In this document: piece after piece, positions 54,590 through 64,000 of the stretch
How the letters are laid out: each line of letters opens with the position of its first letter
How positions within the stretch are numbered: the stretch's first letter is position 1
Assembly: GCA_965644265.1 (NCBI GenBank)
Contig: OZ286470.1
Location: 22,568,001-22,632,000 of the forward strand
DNA length: 64,000 nucleotides
DNA from: Glycera tridactyla
Taxonomy: Eukaryota
Direction: 5' to 3'
Notes under the pieces: generated by a model
Told to the model about the DNA's origin: nothing
Seen by the model: only the letters and a program-made list of their open reading frames with translations
The model's database searches: none
Translations under genes and position numbers: made by a program

Positions 54590-55000
54590 TGGCATTCGTT
54601 CGTTCTCGTTCTGCCGCTATTGCACGGCCTAGCCAGCCCATCGACAAAGTTGACCCGTTGTCCCACGATGGCGGCAGCACGGCTGCCTGTGCACACACGT
54701 GGTTGGTGTTGTCGTTTGTTGCCATGACGACTGTACACAGAGAGGAAGGTGTGTCAGTATCAGACAATGGTCCCATGCACGGTATTCCTCGCACTGTACC
54801 TTTGTCTGCGCGATGACGACACTCTCCTACCTCCAGCGGTGCGGACCCCCCCCCATGCGTCAGTCTATCCTCATTAGAGAACTGCCGCAACTTTCGCGGC
54901 CTGCACTTGTAATGATAATAATAATAATGTGGATGTGGATTGTATTGCTAATGTTTCCATGTCAACGCAAAGTCATTCTGAATATTGATCAAGTTCTGGC
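54590..55000. promoter_or_regulatory. CpG-rich patch
   Basis: Dense CpGs; CACGTG. Confidence 0.45.
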
Positions 55001-55112
55001 GTAAGAGCGATAATTCAAAATGTCATCCGTCAAGAAGTCATCAAAACACTTCTCTAGAGTGAACCATATTAGCACCTCGTCAGAAGAGAAAATTACACGT
55101 GTTCTCATCACA

Positions 55113-55294
55113 TACAATAAAACCTGCTTGAGTGTAAACCTGTGCTAGGCAAAATCCTGTCTTGAGCGCATACCCCACGGTCTGCCGAGATGTTTTTTTT
55201 CTCACTATAATTGTCCTGCACTAAGCAAAATTTTGTCTTAAGTGGAAGAGAAATTTGGTCCCGTGACTTTTCACTTAAGACAGGTTTTACTGTA
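55113..55294. mobile_element. MITE, CAGT-TIR family, subfamily shared with 61373-61542
   Basis: TA-CAATAAAACCTGCTTGAGTG ... CACTTAAGACAGGTTTTACTG-TA. Confidence 0.85.
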
Positions 55295-55380
55295 TATTCA
55301 CTGATTATTTGGGAATGGTTGCTGAAATGTGGATTTCCTCATTTTTCTTGAGCATGGAAACCTGTACACAGACATGAATG

Positions 55381-55404
55381 CAGTTACACGCACGCATGCG
55401 CGCG

Positions 55405-55445
<41 letters not shown>

Positions 55446-55480
55446 AGGCACACATGCATATACACATATGCAGAAAAGTA
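55381..55480. repeat. (CA)n/(CG)n microsatellite
   Basis: Visible run. Confidence 0.9.
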
Positions 55481-55649
55481 CATTTACACAAACACATGGG
55501 TTGTTTATGGCAGGAAATAATTCCTCACTTTGAATGAATCTTCCATGCTAAAGCAAAGCAGATTTGAAAATATATTTTTCGCTAGTTGCTAGAAAAGATC
55601 ATGATATATACATGTAGGCATCATGGGATGCTATCTCCCATACCCTAGC

Positions 55650-55910
55650 GATGAGAGCTCGTAATTGCCCCTGCTTCCCTCTGTGACATGTGATGAAGAC
55701 AAACGGCATGGTTGCTAGGCAACCAGGAAGGGCGATGGGCGCGTCCCCATAGGACTTGTTGAAGATGTATGAAATTTGCGCTGCGAGTTGTGCGCCGGCT
55801 AGGGGTTGCGTCTGGTTTCTTTCATCACATTAGGTGAGAGATGTGGTGCCCTCAATTTGTCATAACACATTCATCCAGACCCCGGCTACCTCCGAACAAA
55901 CCCCGCGGTG
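55650..55910. promoter_or_regulatory. CpG-rich patch with palindromic RFX X-box
   Basis: GTTGCTAGGCAAC at 55711-55723. Confidence 0.5.
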
Positions 55911-56609
55911 ACACTCAAACTAACATCAGCACTGACGCCAACACCTCTGGTGCTGGTTTGCTGGTGTCAGGGGTCGTTGAATACACCAACCGCTAACCCC
56001 CACTGGAGATCCATCTTGTGGTGGTTCGTAGAATCTATGTCTCACCAAGTTACTCCCTTCGGGACTAAAAATATGTGGCAACATCTCAGCACTGTAGCGG
56101 TACGTACGCCCAAGAAAATCAAGCCATAACACTACTAGAACTTAACACAACTCAGGCTTTTATATCTTTTATACATTCTTTTTTTGTGCACAAAAATTAC
56201 TGAAATAATTGAGATAAAGACATTGGGAAAAACTCTGGGACAGCACCCAGTTTTCGCCCTCTGTTTCACTGTCATAGTTCCTCAGCATTGCAGTTATTGA
56301 ATTTTTGGTTGCTAATCATCTTGTGTTCAGGGTTTATGAAAGTGATACTAGTAAAGATGAGAAAGATCATCTGGGTTGATACATGCTCTTGAATTCCGAC
56401 TGAACAGTGATGCCAATTTTCAGAAATTTTTCGGAATTCTCAAAATTGGTGAAAGATTGAAATTTGGAAATTTCAGCAATTTGGCTTGAAGTCCCAGAAT
56501 AGATACTACGGAGAATATAGTAGGGGTTGATTAAGAAAATCTGACGATATTTACGAAAATTTAGCTTCATTTCATTAACATCACAGCAAACAGGACACAG
56601 GTGGATTTG

Positions 56610-56940
56610 CCGTGCATGGTGCATTGTTTTGGGTGAGCGTGCCATGCAGTCGTACGGCCAGACGGGCCAGACGCTCTCTAGCTTTCATGACTCTGGCGTA
56701 TGTTATAGTGCCCAGTCTGTTTAGGCGGGAGTTAATTAATCTCACATGGAAATGTGGCGGTCTCCCACATGAGTTTGATCACGCAACTATGTACCGCACA
56801 AGGTGTGAAGCCGGCCTGCTGCCTCTATTTCCGACACTTCCTCGCCCAGGTTGGCGAAAGATGAACACTGAAAATCCCGTGTTTCATCACCCTGTGACCT
56901 CATTAGGCTTATCCTGAACTAGCGATGACAGCGGATCTTG
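56610..56940. promoter_or_regulatory. CpG-rich patch
   Basis: Dense CpGs; GTTAATTAATC motif. Confidence 0.45.
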
Positions 56941-57249
56941 AATGAAAAACAATCGTGAAATTCCAGAATTGCTGAATTTGATACTCCTGTTTTATGCAAC
57001 ATGAAAACATAGCCATATCAGTTACAGTACAGGTGTGACTAGCGAAAAATTCTTCCATGATCATTGATGGGATGAGTATTGTAAACCATTAGACCAGGTT
57101 TTTTCATGGCAACTGGGAGTATAAAAAATTTGAGTAGTAAATCAAAATGTATTCCAAATTTATTTGGCATCATTATTGAATACATTTATGTGGTCCTGTT
57201 ACCTGTGGCGGTGGCTGCCTAATGGCATTATGGGTTGAGTTTTGGTTCC

Positions 57250-57620
57250 ATCCCGCATTATTGGTCAGTGGGACCGGCAGCATCCGAGTCGTCTTGTGGG
57301 TGTGAGAAAATCACAGCGCGCCATCGCCATGGCGATCAGGAAAAATCCGGGAGGCCGTCACAAGATGTATAGGGCTTGCATCCCCACCAGCACTCAACTT
57401 AATCTTAATAATCACACAGGCCCGGGCTAGCAAATTTCCCCATGGACTAATATCTTTGCTGTGTATATGAGGGCCTGCTCTTGCTCTGGATAGCTTCATA
57501 ACTAGCCGGGGCTTGTAATCTCCACCGGTGGCCACCAGGTGGCCGCTGAGCTTTACGATACAATCACGACATCTATCCTCATCCGGCGGGAGCATCCCAT
57601 CAATTCACGGCTTTGTCAGA
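57250..57620. promoter_or_regulatory. CpG-rich patch with CTCF-like site
   Basis: TGGCCACCAGGTGGCCGCT at 57529-57547. Confidence 0.5.
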
Positions 57621-58439
57621 CCGACTGTGATTTGGCAAACTAGTCACATCAGTCCTTCTCCAGCCTTGTCCTCAGAATATATCCAATAGGCAGTCATCCC
57701 CATTGAAAGACAAAATATCTCTGAGCTCGTTCTGCTTTTTCTGAGGATTGAAGAGTATTTCAGGTGTTGTCTTGCGCCTATTGTAGAACTCAGTGGTTGC
57801 GGTGGCAAGAAATCACTCACCATTGGCTGGTTGACATTATTGTCCTTGGTTTACAATACCTGGGGATTATTTCACTAAACCTTAGAGCACTTTGTCAGGT
57901 TCAGTATGTCATAGGGTCATAATGAGGTTTTGAAAGTCCTAGTTGCTATGAACGAAAATTTGGATTATAACAATTTTTTTATGGATCTCATTTGTGTTTT
58001 GCAAATCCGAAACAACTTTGAAAAAAAGACTATGTATCTATGGAATAGCTTTATATTTTGCTGTCTGCAGACTGGAAATCTAGTTTTCAGTGTTCTACGC
58101 AATACGGAATTTCAGTATGCAGTATGTTGATGATCGGTAGATTTGGCAGGTTGTGAATAATACCATTCAAAGGTATATGATGTAAGTTTATGGACCTGCA
58201 ACCTGAATTACAGCCAGACGGCATGTTTCTGTTGTTTGATTCGATGGCAGATGAAAGGGCGATTGCGACCTGATAGAGATCCGTGCTCGTTATTGTTGAT
58301 GGTACACTTTGTTGGCTGTCGCAAAACATGATGTCGAATTCTGTCAACAACATTAATTTGGGATTATTCGGCACAAAAAGCTTGGCGGCTATTATTTAGA
58401 CGCTGATGCTAATGGTGGCTTTTCTTTAGAGTGCAGTTT

Positions 58440-58740
58440 GTGCACCTTGTTGTGAGCGTATGTGTCGTGTGCTCGGCCAACACGAGCGACCAAACAGGAC
58501 AATTATCCGACGCCGATTTGGGGTCGTGGATCATGTCCGGCACACATGACAACATGTGCGCTCATTGTCTCTACGTTTACCTCAAAGCTTCATATCAACA
58601 TGCTCCGACTTGGCCCTGGGCAACTGCTCTATTGACTCGGAATATGTCGTGTCATCGAGCATGTGCGTTACATAGCCTCCGACGGCCACCGATTGTTTGG
58701 TGTCATCGATCTCGTGGCGTATCATCGTCGAAATCATGCC
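58440..58740. promoter_or_regulatory. CpG-rich patch
   Basis: Dense CpGs. Confidence 0.45.
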
Positions 58741-59619
58741 ATTGATGGCTTGTGGTATGTTGACACATTGTTAGGCCATATTGAACATTAAACACCACAA
58801 ATGCTCACCCCTACAGTTGCTACCTCCTTACACTGGAGAGTGACAAAAAAAATGCGGATAGTGCTCCAAGGCAGAGGGATGTATTTGACTATATAACTAT
58901 AGTGAAGGCTGCCACAATGGAAACATAACCTTGCCTCAAGATTGCAAACTAAGCCTTTGAATATCACATAGATTTAGTGTCCCGTGAATTATATAAAAAC
59001 ACTAGAACTCAAATGTTTCACGTTTGCCAAGAAAAGCTGTTGAAAACCATGTGATTGTTAAAGAGAAACACCAAATTTCCTTTGGTTATCTATTTTTCAT
59101 CATCTAAACTGTGACTTGGATCATGGAAATGTGCAGCGTATGGGAATTTGTGAACTTTGAGAACCATGAGATACATCCATGTGAGATGAGGGAGCAGTTA
59201 CTCAAGGTTTTGAAAAAGTAGTCAACTTGTCAGTGAAGGTTTTGAACTGTTACCTTCACGGTGATCAAACCGTAGGCTCAACATGACAACCGTTCTATAT
59301 AGAAAAGAATCAAAATTTGCATCTCTTAACAACTCTTTTCTGCTGTTCGTGCAGAACCAATTTTAGTAGCATCTGCTCCTATTCAAAATGCACCTAGACA
59401 ACATGTAGTTTGCCACAATGTTGATCGCAGTAGCGGAGTTGTTGCTTTTTTTCCGGCTAGCGAAATGGATGTTTATTTGAAAGGCCAGTGAATGAGTTGT
59501 ATACATTCAAATACATCACAGCTAGCATGCCTGTAAATATCACCCATTACTGGTAGATACCCATGAGAGTTTCATGTCCATAAATGAGAGTTCTTAGTTG
59601 AAAAATACGCGAGTGAAGC

Positions 59620-59950
59620 CAATTAGAAGTGAATGACGGTTGGTCATGATACACTCCGAGGAATTTTTCCGTACATGGGCTAGTTTTTATCCGATAATGA
59701 TCCACGTTTACTGCATTATTTGTGGATATAATGTTTTCAAGGTTGCCCCGTGGATTTATCGAGTTAATCTGATTTTTTTCGCTCTTCGCACCTGATGGGT
59801 ATAGAGAGGCTCATTAACTGCATGTCATAGCAGGCAGTCGGCGGCAGGTACCGTGTAAATATACCAATGCTTCTATCGCAAATAATGTGAACAGCTCCGC
59901 ACCGCAGCATAATTAATCCACTTCCAACCCTCGCCAACTACTGCCAGCGC
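59620..59950. promoter_or_regulatory. CpG-rich patch
   Basis: Dense CpGs; CATAATTAATCC; poly-G at ~60009. Confidence 0.45.
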
Positions 59951-60899
59951 TCCTGGAAACTTCATGCTTGCTCATTTTAACCCTGCAATACTGACTCTGT
60001 AGAGTTGAAGGGGGGGGGGGGGGGGTGTATAGTACGTGAAATGAACACTAGCCCCTGGTTCTCACAAGAATGCCAAGATCACCTGATGAACACCATGCAA
60101 AATGCACTGAAGTCATTGCATGATTATCTACCATTTTTTTGATGGTATGTCAGGAATAATTTTTACGCTGTGCCCTGTGGCAAATGGCACATAAAGTTGT
60201 GAAAGGGCACATTAAACCATATATCTTGTGCCCAGAAGGCACTTGGAATATCCAATACTTTGATATGATCACATGGTTAGAGGCACACACAAATCCTAAA
60301 TGGCACAGGAAATCTGCATCAATGTGCCCGAAAGACCCATACATATTTCCTAGCAAGAAAATCCCTGGTATGTGGAAAGCATGTAATAACTGATCACTAT
60401 ATATCACTCTCAAAATATGAGAGATTATATCAGAAGTGTCATTTGTTTTCTCATTTTTGTGGGACAATTTGTCTCGTTGGTTTGACATGGTGTGAGACAT
60501 TTGTCTCATTGGTTAGTATTAATGCAAGACGACTGTCTCAATCACCTACCTTCTAAGAAAGTTCCCTGAATAGTTGTGGAACGTTGAAGTTTTACGTCAG
60601 GAGGATTGGCTTTGAAGAATTCTATTGATAGTTATGGCATGTAGGGGGGGGGGGGGGGAGTGAATTGTGAATCCTGATTTGTATTCACAAAATTAAAAGA
60701 GTGGATGGGGTACATGTTTGAGTAGTCGGTTGGCAGGATTACTCTGTGTGAAGACATTATATAAGCAGTCGGAGAGTATTTTGTATTCCAGCCAGTTGCC
60801 ATTCTGTCTATTCGATTGATTAGGTTTTGGGGGCTCTGGGGGTGGGGGTGGGGGTGATTTACATCAAGTGGCATGTGAGAGAAGCAGTTGATCACTTGT

Positions 60900-61220
60900 C
60901 TCGTGCGCTCCAGCCAGTGTTTAAGGAGAGTATGTGTGTGGTCGTGGCGCCGCGCATGAAAAATATCGCTATTCATTCCCATTTTGGTTTGATAATCCCA
61001 TGCCATGAATACATGAATACGTTGCCAGTGGGCTCCTTAACCCTGCATGTAAACCACGGCGGCGTTACAGCTTGTAATCTCGGTTGCCGTGACGACTTGA
61101 CCTCTGCAACAAATACGACATATACTCTTGTTAACCTCCGTTGAGCGTTGACAGAATCTAGACGACACGTGTTATTCACCAATACAGAACGCTCTATTTT
61201 GTCACATGTCCGTCACCCAA
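60900..61220. promoter_or_regulatory. CpG-rich patch
   Basis: Dense CpGs; CACGTG. Confidence 0.45.
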
Positions 61221-61372
61221 GCTCTAACTGGCTTCCCTTTTGAGGTCCATTCCTCATAACATTCTGACTGCATTTTCAGCGAAATTTCAATGTAATCGGA
61301 ATAAGATGAACTTCCAACCGATTCTATATCTTGAAATAGAATGAGAAGCCTATTTAAAGTTTTGATTCAATA

Positions 61373-61542
61373 TACAGTGAAACCTGCTTGAGTGTAAATG
61401 TTACGCTGTCTTAAGCACATACCCCACGGTCTGCCCGGATGTTTTTTTCTCACTATAATTGTCCTGCGCTAAGCAAAATCCTGTCTTAAGTGAAAGAAAA
61501 ATTTGGTCCCGTGACTTTTCACTTAAGACAGGTTTTACTGTA
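61373..61542. mobile_element. MITE, CAGT-TIR family, subfamily shared with 55113-55294
   Basis: TA-CAGTGAAACCTGCTTGAGTG ... CACTTAAGACAGGTTTTACTG-TA; body highly similar to the 55.1-kb copy. Confidence 0.88.
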
Positions 61543-62469
61543 GGTGAATTGAGTGAATTAACTTCGAAGAAATAAGCACATAATGGTTGCAAATTGTTGG
61601 TTCCTGCTCACTACCTTTCATGTTTAGGACAGGTTTGACTGTATTTTGGTGTTAGGCAGGTTGAAAGTTCTGATCTCTGATGTCCATCTGTCTCATTTGA
61701 GAGGCCTAGGATTCATCTTTAGTTACGTTCTCAAATCAAGTCTCAGAATTCAGACCAAAGTATTTGTGACCCAGTGGCATGCTCTGCATTATAGCCACAG
61801 TCCTTTGAGATCCTGATTCAAATTATCCATTTGAGCTCTCTCGCAGGGCCAATATATATCAATAAATGACTCAGATGTTTAATTTTCTCCTTTCAGACTC
61901 CCAGGACTCTAATAACATCAAATTGCTATTAGAACTTATTGACCCACTCTGTAAGTCCACTCTCGAAATTTTGAAATGATTCTGAATACTTCTGTATTGC
62001 CAAAGTATCAGATCTGAGGTCACAGATTTCTGTGAGATTTGAAGATTGCATTATGAATCATTTCAATCCCATTCTTATGCCAAATCAATTTCTTCTGCAT
62101 TTTATGACTGAAACTTATGAAATCAGCAAAATGTTCAGCCCAGAATAATACATTTTTGCACCATCAGGATTAAGAATTATTTCATTGAATTGTTTTATCA
62201 AATTAAAATTTTTCCTTGGCATTTTCACTGATTAGGTATTGTTAATGTGTAATAGTGACTCTCTGGGAGTCACATCTTGTTCGAATCCTCAAATTCTTTA
62301 TGGGCATGTTCACTATATAGTGTTATTCCTTCTACTTAATGAAGACACCACATTTGAACTCAGCTTGGGAGACGTTTTATTGCTGGTCATTTGTTGACCA
62401 TGTAGTTGCGACACAGATCTTGACCTCGAGTGACCCTGGCTTGACCCCATTGCAACCCCATCATGACCT

Positions 62470-62760
62470 TTATCATGACTTTCATCGCTCGACGCCGTCT
62501 GACGGAGTGCGCGCTGTCCACCGTGATGGCGTTAATCTCGAGTGTGCCAATCTGACCAATGAAATAGCGGCCACAACGGGGCGATGTTCGGCGCGTGGGT
62601 CAGCCGGCTGACCTGATTTAGGGTAGGGAGGGTCATGGCTTAGTTACCGCGTTCGCCCCTAGGGTGAAATTGCAGCAGCATTGGTGGTAATTAAGTCGCT
62701 GAAATATAGAGTATTGGTGCGTGTGCGCTGTGGTAGAGAGCCACTTGTAACCACCGACAG
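62470..62760. promoter_or_regulatory. CpG-rich patch
   Basis: Dense CpGs; GTAATTAAG motif. Confidence 0.45.
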
Positions 62761-63162
62761 ACATGTTCAACTGGCACCCTAACATCCTCCAACGCCCAAC
62801 TATTTTCTAATCTTCATCTGGAATTGACTCAGCTTGAGTCGAATTAAGTCATCCATAGAATTCCATCTTCATAAATCGTATTGGGTTTTTTACCAATCAG
62901 GATTTGGCAATTCTTGTGTGCTTTTCACTGTCAAATATGCATGATTTGCGGATGATTTTGCGTGATCTGAGCATGAAGTGGTCAGTTTAATGGGTTGACT
63001 TTGATCCGGTTCAAATAGAGTTTATTCTTTTCAGCGAGCATCATTCACCGAGGTTTGATAGCTCGTGAAATTACCAGCCCAGTCTTGGTTTCATCAGTGC
63101 TTCTATTTGGTCAATTCAGAGATCATGCAAGTGGTGCATACTGGAGAATGTGAGCACTTACA

Positions 63163-63247
63163 CCACCACTGCCACTGCCACCACCACTGCCACCAACACT
63201 GCCTCTACCACCACCACCACTGTCACTATCACCATCACTGCCACTGC
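63163..63247. repeat. (CAC/TGC)n trinucleotide-type repeat
   Basis: Visible; explains the His/Cys-rich pseudo-ORF. Confidence 0.85.
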
Positions 63248-63779
63248 TATTGTAAATTCATGTACCACCACTTTTGAGAGAAGCCATATCCTGAATTCCC
63301 CATTATGGTGAATTAGCACAAAATAGCCATTTCATTGAAGCAGGAGCACCCACAAATTTACCAATTGCCACAGCCACATGAGTTTCTCAGAACCAAATAA
63401 TCACAGAGAACATCTACACTATGTTGGGGTGGACCCAATTGGTCTGTCAGTCGGCCAGCCAGTCGATCGGTCGGTCAGTCAATCTGCCAATCAGCCAGGC
63501 ATGCAGTCACTCAGTTCATCAGTCAAAACACTGTCCTATCACTGCAGTATTCCAATGCAAACCACGGTAATCTGTAAAAAAATTGCAGGACCCAAATGTA
63601 TGTTGTGGTAGCCAATGTAGCTTCTTCAAGAATCCTACTGTGACATTGTGATTACATTCTAAAGATGTGTATCGTGGGATGTGAGAGAGGTCATGGAGTC
63701 GTGCATGTGTTAATGTATGTTTAGTTCATAGGCTTACTCTCTCCAAGTATTTACCTTGAGCTGATACATTCAGAGCGAG

Positions 63780-64000
63780 AAAATTAGTTCGGATTCATCG
63801 GCGGTCGACGACGTGAACATGCCGTGAGATTCCCAGTGACTCATTCCATTTCACCCACACGACAACGATGCCTGGATCGGGCATCTTCGATGGCACAGGT
63901 TTAAACTAATTAAAACTATATTTGCGTCCATTTTTGGCGATGCTCAATCAAGGCGTAGTGATACGTGGCGTGAGATGTAATTGACCCGGAGGTCAACGAG
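63780..64000. promoter_or_regulatory. CpG-rich patch (truncated by window end)
   Basis: Dense CpGs; CTAATTAA motif. Confidence 0.45.

Larger units (their letters stand above)
140..64000. other. Quasi-periodic array of ~50-60 short CpG-rich patches in a CpG-depleted background (spacing ~1.0-1.3 kb)
   Basis: Hand counts: ~40 CpG in 2161-2640 vs ~6 in 1321-2160; ~19 in 12421-12660 vs ~9 in 12661-13560. Approximate patch centres from 12-25 kb: 12.5, 13.7, 14.8, 15.9, 16.9, 18.85, 19.9, 22.0/22.6, 23.6, 24.6 kb. Confidence 0.8.

Noticed and set aside
59081-59094. CTTTGGTTATCTA matches the 5' part of miR-9
   Set aside because: The match stops at 13 nt and there is no complementary star arm or hairpin.
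63065-63277. His/Cys-rich ORF resembling a metal-binding peptide
   Set aside because: Produced by a CAC/TGC simple repeat; no supporting gene structure.
2170-64000. CpG patches as coding exons, cassette exons or CRISPR-like spacers
   Set aside because: No consistent open frames, splice sites, shared protein motifs or conserved flanking direct repeats, and no cas genes.

Overview
This is non-coding eukaryotic DNA, about 40% GC by eye. The simple-repeat and MITE content looks like a marine invertebrate, which is inference only. I can support no protein-coding exon, rRNA, tRNA or CRISPR array. The ORF-track entries are short, resemble no protein I recognise, and the longest are microsatellite or N-run artefacts. 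The dominant unexplained structure is a compositional rhythm: roughly 50-60 short (200-500 bp) CpG-rich patches with no visible mutual homology recur about every 1.0-1.3 kb, separated by CpG-depleted spacers. Hand counts give about 8 CpG/100 bp in patches versus about 1/100 bp in spacers. The recognisable young insertions lie in the spacers or at patch edges. They include TA-flanked Tc1/mariner-type MITEs, a hAT-like MITE pair, microsatellites, a 68-bp minisatellite, and a 711-bp element with identical 162-bp direct repeats and an 11-14 bp target-site duplication. Subtracting these insertions brings several long intervals back to about 1.1-1.25 kb. Many patches carry homeodomain-like TAAT clusters, E-boxes, or YY1, ETS, RFX and CTCF-like motifs. 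All boundaries and counts were made by eye.
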